DNA of 64,000 nt from Veleropilina oligotropha (Eukaryota): positions 434,001 to 498,000 of the forward strand of contig JBEUKZ010000112.1 of NCBI GenBank assembly GCA_048128005.1, in the 5' to 3' direction. Made by a program: the position numbers and the translations under genes. Positions 1 through 9,058 of the stretch are shown here, in pieces (position 1 is the stretch's first letter; every line of letters begins with the position of its first letter). The notes below the pieces were generated by a model. The model was not told where the DNA came from. It searched no databases and saw nothing but the letters and a program-made list of their open reading frames with translations.

Positions 1-588
1 TTATTGAACTTCTGGCTCAATATCGACCTATTAGAGCACTTAGGTCGCAGCAATTACAACAGTTGACAGAGAATAGAACAATGAATAAATATGGCGATAG
101 AGCATTTATCAACAATGCCCCAAAACTCTGGAACAAACTCCCATCTAAAGTAAAGGAAAGCACATCTCAGACAAGTTTTCGGAAGACGTTGAAAACACAC
201 CTATTTGCTGATGTATATGCCAACCTGATCAATTTAATCTCACTAACAATTCAGCTGACATCGTAATAGGAGGACAGTATTGACTGCTTCACATCTGTTC
301 ATTGTTATTGCTTATAGCATTCATCATATGTATCATTCAAAGTTGGTTGAAGTTCACGCAGGGGCTGCTTCACCTCTTTGTCTGATTGCGCTTGTAAAAA
401 AAAAAAATTAATAAAATTGAAAATACTCAACAAAAAAATATTCTGTTTATTATTATTGCTTATTGCATTCATAGTATGTATCATTGATGTCTCTCCTGTA
501 TATTCTTGTGTACATTGTACTGTAATATTAGTTATAGTTTGTACTGCGCTTAGAGCTACACTAGAATAGGCGCATTATAAATGTATTA

Positions 589-621
<33 letters not shown>
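1..621 (+). mobile_element. 3' end of an L2/CR1-group LINE (ORF2 C-terminus, 3' UTR, (AAT)n tail), running off the window start
   Basis: The frame from nt 3 reads IELLAQYRPIRALRS...YGDRAFINNAPKLWNKLP...SFRKTLKTHLF, the typical post-RT C-terminus of L2/CR1-group ORF2. Stop at 264-266; (AAT)n tail at about 589-621. Confidence 0.85.
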
Positions 622-622
<1 letters not shown>

Positions 623-1134
623 TTTGAACATTTCGCGATATTCTGTTTGCGTCTTCAGAAATGAATAACTGCGCAAATATTTGCTGGAATAATGTCAAAT
701 TCAATAGGAACCTCGTTTATGTCCCACTAAACCTGCATACCAAATTTGGCCCCCCTACCTATTACGCTTTTCCTGATATCTTGTTCACGTCATCCGAAAC
801 TGAAATTTTATGTCGAAGAAGGGGATAACAATGCAAATAATTGGCGGAATAATCTGAAATTCAATAACTACCTAGAGTATGTCCCAATAAACCTGCATAC
901 CAAATTTGAATTCCCTAGCTATTTTGGTTTTCCTGATATCCTGTTCACGTCGTCGGAAATTAAAAGGGGGATAACTGTGTAAATATTCGGCGGAATAATC
1001 TGAAATTCAATAGCAACTAAGTTTATGTCGCACTAAACCTGCATACCAAATTTGAAATCCCTAGCTGTTACAGTTTTCCTGATATCCATTTCACGTCATC
1101 TATACGGACGGACGGACTACGCGACGACATAATT
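622..1134 (-). mobile_element. Partial non-autonomous Helentron-type (HINE-like) element with internal ~150-bp repeats
   Basis: Three copies of AAACCTGCATACCAAATTT (about 729, 889, 1035) followed by a (GGAC)n microsatellite at about 1105-1118. Same layout as the complete copies elsewhere in the window. Confidence 0.6.
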
Positions 1135-1625
1135 TTGAAAAAATGATGGGATAATGAAGAAGATAAAAGTTCAAAAGCATATCGAGAGCTGCCATCTAGA
1201 GTCATTTTAGTCATGCAGTACAAATATGACAAGTGTCGTCATCATCTGCTGAATCAGTTCTATAAACGTATACATCTAGGATCTGAATGCAGAGTATCAC
1301 TGCAATAACCATCATATAGACGGATATTATGAGAGTGCTTACTGGATGGCGGCAGATACATCACATACATCTTAATTACATTCACAGCAATTTGGATATA
1401 ATTTGTTTTGTTGAGAATACATCTCAAATCATATCAGATATAAACCCAGAAATCGTGCTCGAATTCATTTTGTTATTTGTAAACAGTTAGGTTTTGTAAA
1501 AGCAGGCATAACATTCAGAATTATCTAAATAATATATGAAAGGTTGGTGTTCCCACATTCTTGCACATGTCTAATCTCCCATTAATACGAAAATGAGGTT
1601 TTAATGTAAACCTAATATTAGTATA

Positions 1626-1831
1626 AAACATACTTACGTCCTTACTCTTGCCATAATAGCATATTATCGCCCAAACCGGAAATGGTGAATATGTCCCATA
1701 ATGCACCGTTATAAGCCAAAAAAGCACACGGTTACCTCCCCTGCTCCTGCCCCCCACGTTCCCCAGCGAGACTTCGCCAAGTCTCGTGAGACTTCTGAAC
1801 AATAGAAGTCACATGACATCAATTCAAAGTT
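1626..1831. repeat. DIRS 3' inverted terminal repeat (with a unique outer extension at 1593-1625)
   Basis: Reverse complement of 8853-9058 with no differences seen by eye. Contains small hairpins CGAGACTT/AAGTCTCG (1767-1786) and GACTTCT/AGAAGTC (1790-1810). Confidence 0.95.
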
Positions 1832-1890
1832 CAAAAACCACAAAGGAACGTAGTAGAGGGGAGGAATGCGAACGCAGGGTGGGTAATCGT

Positions 1891-1981
1891 GTAAGGACGT
1901 AAGTATGTTTTATACTAATATTAGGTTTACATTAAAACCTCATATATAGTTACAAACATACTTACGTCCTTACTCTTGCCA
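1891..1981. other. DIRS internal complementary region (ICR)
   Basis: 1891-1943 is the reverse complement of 1593-1645, and 1943-1981 is the reverse complement of 9031-9069. Together they spell out the circle junction. Confidence 0.95.
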
Positions 1982-2814
1982 GAATAACCTTGGATAGGTG
2001 GGTAAGACGTTCCTTACAACAAACCCAAACAAGATAATGACTTACTTTTCACCAATTCGATCAGCATGAAGCGTCGAGTGTGTCCGCCTAGAGTGGAATT
2101 TTTACTGAGTATTATATTCTACTCTTACCAGGCGAGAATTTCGACCAGTGTTACCGGGAGAATACGCCGTGGTGTTAGTCGGACGAGGTGAACGGAAGTG
2201 CAATCAGCCCCTGGCACGGCCGGAAGGATAAATCCCTGTAGGTCTTACGTGTCATGGACCAGTGGCAGCCAAATGGGTCTCCGGGCCTATAGGCCGGTAG
2301 CCAGAGGATGCAGTCGGATTTGTAAGCACACGGAACCTAACAGGTTGTGAAAGCTTTAAAATCAAAAGCAAAGAATTAATAGATTATATAATAATCGATA
2401 TTAATAAGTAGTTCGTATGACCAACTTGCGAACGCTAACATGGACGACATGTCACTTAAAATAAATTTTAAGGAAGCAAAAATGTTCGACATGTTACTTA
2501 AAAATAAATGTTAAGGAATCAACATTTTAAATGTATTGAACATCGTATGTTCGATTACAGCAAAGAACATAATAATATTGAACCCTAATCTTTTTAAGAT
2601 TTGTGCAAAATTATCAAAGTTGTTTTATTAAATTCAATGTGATCTGGCTTATGTCAACACTCAGTCTGACATGAGAAGTACAAAATCTTAAATTAGATTT
2701 AAGAAATGAACAGACATTGAACTGCCCCATAGGTGTTAATTACATAGCACCGTTTGGCCAACGAAAATAAAATGGCGTCAGTAAATATGCAAATGAGCAA
2801 TCAGAGAACAATAC

Positions 2815-5772
2815 TTACTGATTAGAAGACCTCGGTCTAACAATGACCCGTTGTGCAGCAACACAGTGTAAACTGCTTAGGCCATCAGCCCCGGTTGAGT
2901 AGTCGCGCAGATAATGTTTTACAAACACGTTAGCGTTTTTCCAATATCCGGCCTGTAGTAACGCATTGATATTTAAATTATGTCGGAAGGCTACAGACGC
3001 TGCAATGGCCCGGACCTCATGTGCGCGCACCGATAAAGTAGTTCGGTCTTCGTTGTCACAGCGGATGTATACATCTCTCACTGTCTGTGAAATCCACCGC
3101 GAAACAGTAGTCCTCGTAATGTCGCGGGTGTAGGTGGGCAAATACGATATGAATAAACGTAATTTTCCCTGTCGCAACTCACGGGTTCTGTCTAGGTAGA
3201 ACCGAAGCGCCCGGACCGGGCAATTGAAGCGGTCTGCGTCGCGCCTTCCGACTAGCGTTAGCTTGGGAATAACAACATCGGGTGCGTCCTCGTTCGGCCG
3301 CTGGTTCTTGGCTAAGAAGCCCAGAATGGGACGCAGTATCACCGACCCGTCTGACTGGAATCGTATGTCTCTTAGCTCGGAGGAGAAAGCATGAATCTCG
3401 GAACAACGCCTGCCCGACGCTAAGGCGATCAGAAAAACTGTTTTGTGCGTCAAGTTCCTCATGGTTATCTCGGACATCGGCTCATACGGGGGTAAGAGTA
3501 ATGCGTTAAGAATAAGAACGATATTCCAGGCAGGTGGCTTAATTCTCCGGGTCGGTATCTCGAGTTCATAAGATCGTATAAAATCTGATATCGTTCGGTC
3601 GCTTGATAGGCCAGCATGGGCACGACACTGCTTTAGCGTGGTCGCGATCGTTGCCCGATAGCCTTTGACGGCGGACACTGACATACCGCGGTCGAAGAGC
3701 GACGATAAAAACTCGATAAACTTGTTCACAGGGGGACGGAGTATATTGATCTGCCTGCTGTGACACCAATCCACGTACTTAACCCATCGGTAGTCATAGA
3801 CTTTTGTAGTGGAAATCCTTCTCGATCGGTAGATACGTAAGGCTGTAGCTTTAGAAAATCCTTTCTTAGCAAGGGATCGTTCGATAACCGCCAGGCGTGT
3901 AAACGTAAGTGGTTCGGCGACTCGTGGAGTACACGGGTGCGTGGTTGCATTAACAGGTCTAGTTTCTGCGGTAACGCTAACGGTCGATCGACGATCAGAT
4001 CGAGGAGGGTCGGAAACCAAGGTTGCGTGCGATGAAGGGGCGCTATTAGCGTTATCTCGCAACGTTCGGTCGCTGCCTTCTGTAATACCAGTGATAGAAT
4101 GCACGTCGGGGGGAAGGCATACGCGGACAGATTCTCCCATGTCATTGACATTGCGTCGACCGCCAGGGCGGCCGGGTCTGGGTACGGGGAGACATACAGA
4201 GGTAGTCGGTAATTGAATTCTGTTGCAAACAAGTCGACTTGGGGTTGCGACCACCGGCGGCAAACCTCCCGAGCTACTCGGCTGTGTAGCGTCCACTCTG
4301 TGTGTATAATCTGTGATCTCCGAGAGAGCGAATCCGCTCTGACATTCAGCTTTCCCGGGATGTGTCGGGCTCGAATCGTCGAGTTGAGGGACATCACTAA
4401 GCGGTGTAGGTCTATTGCTCGGTCGCATAGGGGACGCGAGCGTGTACCGCCCTGGTGCTGTATGTAAGCGACGACAGTCGTGTTGTCCGTGGCGAGCATT
4501 ATATGCTTGTTGCGGAGATGTGACGAGAGGGACCGTACTGACAGGAAGACGGCTTCTAACTCTAGGAAGTTGATATGTCGTCCCTGAAGGTCTGTCGGCC
4601 ATAGGCCTGATGTCTCGTAACTGTCGAGGTGACCACCCCAGCCGTCGTTCGAAGCGTCTGTGAACAGGTAAGCGTTCGGCTCTGGTGGGGATATAGGAAC
4701 CGACTGGTCCGGCAAAGCGGGGTTCAACCACACTGCTGTCGTGTCGGTAAACCAATGCCGTAGATCGATGCGATCCTTCCACTGCCCCGTCCGTTGTATC
4801 CAGCGATCCCTGAAAGCCTGTTGTAACGGTCTTTTGTCCATGCGACCCGTCGGTAGCAGGGGCGCTACCGACTCGATGTGCCCCAGGACAGTGGCCAGTT
4901 GTCGCGCCGTAGTTATGTCCGATGACAGGGTGTCTTGGATAACCGCGCGTAGGTTCCGCATACGCTTCTGGGTCGGCTTCGCGGTGTACCGGACCGTATC
5001 GAAGTCGACTCCGAGGAACGTAAACGTCGTCGAGGGCACGAAGCAGGATTTTGTCTCGTTGATCTGAAATCCCAGGCGCTTCGTCGATGACAGGGTAAAG
5101 CTCGTAGACCGGAGGCACAGATCTCGGGACGCCCCGAGGATCAGCCAGTCGTCGAGGTACATATGTACCCTGTGCCCTAGAGAGTGTAGGAAGGCCCCCA
5201 GGGCCTGTACTGTTCTCGTGAAGACGTACGGGGCTGACGATAGACCGAACGGTAGGCACCTGAATTGGTAGATCGTCTCCCCGTGTATAAACCGAAGGTA
5301 CTGATGAGCCGTGATATGCATCGGGACATGCAGATACGCGTCGGCGAGATCGATAGACGCTGCCCAGTCGCCCGGACGGATGGCCGCTCGAATCTTCGAG
5401 AGGGTTTCTTGCTGGAATTTCTCGGTACGAAGATATAGGTTTAGGTACGAGAGATCGAGGATCGGTCTCCAGCGGCCATCGGGTTTCGGGACCAGGAAGA
5501 AATGGCTGTAAAATCCTGGTGTGCTGGGCGGCGCGGGATATATCGCTCTTTTTAGGAGCAAATCCCGCACTGCCTGGTCTAAGACCGCTTGTTTTTCTCC
5601 GTTTAGGAGGCGAGCGTGTCTTGTTGGTGGTGCCTCGGTTAAGGTCGGATGCCGGTTGAATGCCAACTTGTATCCGGCACTCACGACTAAGTGGACCCAG
5701 TTGCTGTCTGTCAGCTCTAGCCAGGGCTGGCTGTGTGCTAACAGGCACGCTCCCACCGGCGGGAGCGGGCAA
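2815..5772 (-). CDS. DIRS tyrosine recombinase ORF (long N-terminal part overlaps the RT ORF; true start uncertain)
   Basis: The C-terminal ~360 aa has an integrase SAM-like region (STTKVYDYRW...YRATI) and catalytic motifs GRRCSEI (R), LAKNQ (K), RAHEVR (HxxR), GYW and KHY (Y). The frame is open from 5799; the listed start is TTG, and internal ATGs exist (e.g. 4140). Confidence 0.92.
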   Translation of the reverse strand: MPAPAGGSVPVSTQPALARADRQQLGPLSRECRIQVGIQPASDLNRGTTNKTRSPPKRRKTSGLRPGSAGFAPKKSDISRAAQHTRILQPFLPGPETRWPLETDPRSLVPKPISSYREIPARNPLEDSSGHPSGRLGSVYRSRRRVSACPDAYHGSSVPSVYTRGDDLPIQVPTVRSIVSPVRLHENSTGPGGLPTLSRAQGTYVPRRLADPRGVPRSVPPVYELYPVIDEAPGISDQRDKILLRALDDVYVPRSRLRYGPVHREADPEAYAEPTRGYPRHPVIGHNYGATTGHCPGAHRVGSAPATDGSHGQKTVTTGFQGSLDTTDGAVEGSHRSTALVYRHDSSVVEPRFAGPVGSYIPTRAERLPVHRRFERRLGWSPRQLRDIRPMADRPSGTTYQLPRVRSRLPVSTVPLVTSPQQAYNARHGQHDCRRLHTAPGRYTLASPMRPSNRPTPLSDVPQLDDSSPTHPGKAECQSGFALSEITDYTHRVDATQPSSSGGLPPVVATPSRLVCNRIQLPTTSVCLPVPRPGRPGGRRNVNDMGESVRVCLPPDVHSITGITEGSDRTLRDNANSAPSSHATLVSDPPRSDRRSTVSVTAETRPVNATTHPCTPRVAEPLTFTRLAVIERSLAKKGFSKATALRIYRSRRISTTKVYDYRWVKYVDWCHSRQINILRPPVNKFIEFLSSLFDRGMSVSAVKGYRATIATTLKQCRAHAGLSSDRTISDFIRSYELEIPTRRIKPPAWNIVLILNALLLPPYEPMSEITMRNLTHKTVFLIALASGRRCSEIHAFSSELRDIRFQSDGSVILRPILGFLAKNQRPNEDAPDVVIPKLTLVGRRDADRFNCPVRALRFYLDRTRELRQGKLRLFISYLPTYTRDITRTTVSRWISQTVRDVYIRCDNEDRTTLSVRAHEVRAIAASVAFRHNLNINALLQAGYWKNANVFVKHYLRDYSTGADGLSSLHCVAAQRVIVRPRSSNQ

Positions 5773-6008
5773 CTGGGGCCGTCGCGAATGCCGGCAGCCC
5801 TAGGGCCGAGGCTTCCCTCTCCCGCTCTGCTTGCGGGATTTCGTTGGAGGTGCTTGCCTCTTTGGAGTGGGTTTATTGGCCGGAGGCCTACCACCCGAAG
5901 AGGGCTTCGCACGCTTAGAAGGCTTCGGGGCCGGGGTGGGCCCGGAGCGCTTCTTCGAGTTGGCAGGTGGACCCCGGGTGGGGAGCAGTACTGCCTTCTC
6001 GATGGCAC
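3726..6008 (-). CDS. DIRS reverse transcriptase - RNase H - Dam-like adenine methyltransferase ORF
   Basis: RT: FLVPKPDGRWRPILDL, DLADAY, LPFGL, YLDD. RNase H: LFTDAS, HINFLELEA, TDN, NVRADSLSR. MT: VDLFAT...YAFPP. There is no ATG upstream of the RT domain (listed start is GTG; frame open from 6014). Confidence 0.95.
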   Translation of the reverse strand: MPSRRQYCSPPGVHLPTRRSAPGPPRPRSLLSVRSPLRVVGLRPINPLQRGKHLQRNPASRAGEGSLGPRAAGIRDGPSCPLPPVGACLLAHSQPWLELTDSNWVHLVVSAGYKLAFNRHPTLTEAPPTRHARLLNGEKQAVLDQAVRDLLLKRAIYPAPPSTPGFYSHFFLVPKPDGRWRPILDLSYLNLYLRTEKFQQETLSKIRAAIRPGDWAASIDLADAYLHVPMHITAHQYLRFIHGETIYQFRCLPFGLSSAPYVFTRTVQALGAFLHSLGHRVHMYLDDWLILGASRDLCLRSTSFTLSSTKRLGFQINETKSCFVPSTTFTFLGVDFDTVRYTAKPTQKRMRNLRAVIQDTLSSDITTARQLATVLGHIESVAPLLPTGRMDKRPLQQAFRDRWIQRTGQWKDRIDLRHWFTDTTAVWLNPALPDQSVPISPPEPNAYLFTDASNDGWGGHLDSYETSGLWPTDLQGRHINFLELEAVFLSVRSLSSHLRNKHIMLATDNTTVVAYIQHQGGTRSRPLCDRAIDLHRLVMSLNSTIRARHIPGKLNVRADSLSRRSQIIHTEWTLHSRVAREVCRRWSQPQVDLFATEFNYRLPLYVSPYPDPAALAVDAMSMTWENLSAYAFPPTCILSLVLQKAATERCEITLIAPLHRTQPWFPTLLDLIVDRPLALPQKLDLLMQPRTRVLHESPNHLRLHAWRLSNDPLLRKDFLKLQPYVSTDREGFPLQKSMTTDGLSTWIGVTAGRSIYSVPL

Positions 6009-8052
6009 GGTCCTTCATGTCCGCCGCTCTCTTGTCAACAAACTCCGTGAAGTTGTCACCAAAGAGAGTGGTGGCCGAGCAAGGTACGCATCGCAACGAG
6101 CGCCGGGTGGGCTCGTCCAGCGAGGTACCTTCCAGGCAAGCATCCCTACGAAGTAGGAGGGCATTGCCCAGGACACGTCCCGTCTCCAACGCGCTGGTCT
6201 CCTGCGCGGCAGCAACCTCCTGGAGGAAGGACAGGGCAGCCTCGGTGGCGCCGGGTCCATTCTCCTGTAGTACGGCTATCGCGCCGTCCAGGAAGAAGTC
6301 CTGAACAGACGATAGCCGTAGAGCCCGTCGGGCGGCGCTCTCGAAAGCTTCCAAGGCGGACCAAGGAACTTTCGCTACGGAGGGAGTGTGACTGGCGGTC
6401 AGTCGACGCAACGAAGCGTCAACACGAGCCGGCTCAGTCGCCAGGCACGGACCAGTGCATTCGAACGGGATCGCTCGAGTACTGGCCCGGAGGTACCTCC
6501 CACTACGGAACCCCGAAGGGAACTCGTTCAGCGGGGAGGACTCCACCGGATTGCGCCCCTGAACGAGCTTGGTGATCGAGTCTACAACCAGATCTACCAG
6601 CCCGGACTGAGGTAAGGAGGGGAGCTCGGGGGCTTCCCTCGCAACAAACCGATGTGCTGCCGTCCTGTGCTTGACTACGTCTACAGCCGACCGAGTCGGT
6701 TCCGACAAGCCAAGCACCCCGCGAAGTGACGCAACGGCGTCGAGCCTTCGGCGGGTGGAGGAGGTCGGCTCCTGCGTGCCTGTAAGACTAATGTCTTCGG
6801 GCCCGACCGATTCAGGGAGGTCGGTGTGATTGGAACCGAGGTCCTCGTCGGAACGAGGGTCGATGTCCATCACTGTGGCAGGAGCCGTGCTCTGCGCCAT
6901 GGGCAGATGTGTAGGTACCTGGTGCGGCTCGGGAGCCGTCGGCCAGGCCTTACACCGTTCCTCGATCCCCGCCGCGATCCATGCCTGGACGTTCTCAAAA
7001 GAGAAACCCGAAGGCAGGACGGGCGACGAACTAACAGCCGGTAGTTCTGTCGAGGTAACCGTGGCGCTAGGTAGACGGGCTGCATTGACAGGTCGAACCG
7101 AGGACCAGGGTCCACGGGCACTTGTCGAGGGGTCGAACCCGAAGGACTGGCCCGAAGGCACAGTCAGTGGGCCGGACGACCGATAGGACTGCGGCAACAG
7201 TTCTGATCGGTCTACCACTCTGCTCGAGCGAGGCACGGACGGAAAACCGCCGTAGAACCCCGTCCCGAACGCAGCCGGTCTGTCCACGTTCTCTAGCGTG
7301 ACCACGGTGGGTGCACGGGAGAGACCGGGCCCTCTGAATGTCTCGTGAGCTTCGAGGTTGAGCGGAAAACCCCTAGGGGAAGTCGCATCGTTCTCGACCG
7401 AGGATTCAGGTTTCGCCGATTGTCCGAGTCTTAGACCTACAAGTAGGTGCCCGGCCTCTTTAAAGGCTTTCTCTGCATTGGGTCTGTCACCGTAGGAAGA
7501 CGGTGAGTTTCCCGCAGAAGGACTAACTGTCCCCTTATTCTTCGAGGCCGAAGAAAAGGATGGGGATAGTCTGCCCTGTTCAGCTGTTCGCTGCGCTGTC
7601 ATGTATACCTTGCTAGCCGGCAAGGTATGGCTGACTGCAGTTACTAGGCCCAGTTGTGGAGGATCGGTCGACACTCGGGTCTTTACCTGAATCTGGGGTA
7701 CCGGCAAGGTTTCGGTGACTCCCCGAAGAGTCGCGGAGGTTTCGCCGGTGGATCCGGCGACAGACGTCCCCTTGTGTCGGCTGTCGTCCAGCGTCCCTGA
7801 AGCAGACAATGAAGAAACATTATGTTGTAACTTACCGGTCTCTTCATGACCCTTCTCCGGGGGAGGACCCACCGTGGCAGCCGCCCTGGTCGACTTACCC
7901 TGGTGAGACAGGACTGCCCACTGCTTATCTGATAGAAGAAAACACAGATCACATTGATGTTGTATATTACAGCTACGGTGAATACGACATTCCTTGTGCC
8001 TATCAAATCCGTGAATTTTCTGGTTACACCCGGAGCTACTGCACCGGACCAT
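5800..8052 (-). CDS. DIRS ORF1 (gag-like) with N-terminal Cys/His cluster
   Basis: First ATG at 8052 (MVRCSSSGC...DRHKECRIHRSC...CDLC), then a low-complexity Ser/Pro middle, a helical region (RRDACL...LFGD) and a basic tail. 750 aa, in the expected position upstream of RT. Confidence 0.85.
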   Translation of the reverse strand: MVRCSSSGCNQKIHGFDRHKECRIHRSCNIQHQCDLCFLLSDKQWAVLSHQGKSTRAAATVGPPPEKGHEETGKLQHNVSSLSASGTLDDSRHKGTSVAGSTGETSATLRGVTETLPVPQIQVKTRVSTDPPQLGLVTAVSHTLPASKVYMTAQRTAEQGRLSPSFSSASKNKGTVSPSAGNSPSSYGDRPNAEKAFKEAGHLLVGLRLGQSAKPESSVENDATSPRGFPLNLEAHETFRGPGLSRAPTVVTLENVDRPAAFGTGFYGGFPSVPRSSRVVDRSELLPQSYRSSGPLTVPSGQSFGFDPSTSARGPWSSVRPVNAARLPSATVTSTELPAVSSSPVLPSGFSFENVQAWIAAGIEERCKAWPTAPEPHQVPTHLPMAQSTAPATVMDIDPRSDEDLGSNHTDLPESVGPEDISLTGTQEPTSSTRRRLDAVASLRGVLGLSEPTRSAVDVVKHRTAAHRFVAREAPELPSLPQSGLVDLVVDSITKLVQGRNPVESSPLNEFPSGFRSGRYLRASTRAIPFECTGPCLATEPARVDASLRRLTASHTPSVAKVPWSALEAFESAARRALRLSSVQDFFLDGAIAVLQENGPGATEAALSFLQEVAAAQETSALETGRVLGNALLLRRDACLEGTSLDEPTRRSLRCVPCSATTLFGDNFTEFVDKRAADMKDRAIEKAVLLPTRGPPANSKKRSGPTPAPKPSKRAKPSSGGRPPANKPTPKRQAPPTKSRKQSGRGKPRP

Positions 8053-8442
8053 AGCTAAATACACGGGCGGGTGGACATGGGTAGACGGGGTAGGTAAATA
8101 GGTATATGTATGGTAGTTGAGACTTCTTTCCTTGGAGGGAGTACTACGACAACTCACAGAATTGTCCTGATCTGAAGATTAGAGATCAAGCGATATACCG
8201 TTATTAGAACCCCGAACTGGGAACACCGAGGTCGGGTATTTTACCCGACCGACCCGGTAACCCGGCAAATTGACTAAAACAAAGGGGGGTTCTTTCCTCG
8301 AAAAAACCCGCCCAGAAAAACACCTGAAAACCTCGTGGATGTTTTAAGTTAGTACAATGGCGTATTATCCCAGCAACGGCAGGATATCAGAAAATTAACG
8401 CAAGCTTAATATCAAAAGATCCTGCCTTTTTAACAACGCTAG

Positions 8443-8473
<31 letters not shown>

Positions 8474-8852
8474 ATATATATAATAAATAACCAGCAAATA
8501 GCGTTGTTAAGGAATTATCCAATATAATGAGTTACCTGTTTGCAGTCTCAAACAATATCAGATAATTATACAGACCAGAAATTTCAGCTACCACTCGAAA
8601 ATTTTCCCTCTAAGCGGCCATCTTTAATGGCCACTGGCGTCCTTGACGACGATGTCTGTTTTCTTTTGATGTCCAGAACTTCCTCGAAGTTTGAGAATCA
8701 CTCTTCTATATTCACATGTGTTTTATATCCACAACACTGTTATATTCCACTACTTATATTAAGTAGAAACTGCGCCCTGATTTAACGTGAAATCGGGCGC
8801 CTATATCGAAATATTTGCGGAGCAAAAACAACGTCTTTCCGCGACAGCGGAA

Positions 8853-9058
8853 AACTTTGAATTGATGTCATGTGACTTCTATTGTTCAGAAGTCTCACGA
8901 GACTTGGCGAAGTCTCGCTGGGGAACGTGGGGGGCAGGAGCAGGGGAGGTAACCGTGTGCTTTTTTGGCTTATAACGGTGCATTATGGGACATATTCACC
9001 ATTTCCGGTTTGGGCGATAATATGCTATTATGGCAAGAGTAAGGACGTAAGTATGTTT
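8853..9058. repeat. DIRS 5' inverted terminal repeat (with outer extension 9059-9069)
   Basis: Reverse complement of 1626-1831. Confidence 0.95.

Noticed and set aside
1521..1802. Duplicated small ORF MFRSLTRLGEV... (also 8882-9109)
   Set aside because: It simply reflects the two DIRS ITRs, has a non-ATG start, and runs into unrelated flanks.
2040..2360. Hammerhead or twister ribozyme in the DIRS 3' region
   Set aside because: No CUGANGA/GAAA core with matching stems on either strand, and the TAACAC motifs lack the remaining twister elements.
3179..8054. Many short antisense or alternative-frame ORFs within DIRS
   Set aside because: Expected shadows of GC-rich coding sequence; no recognisable motifs.
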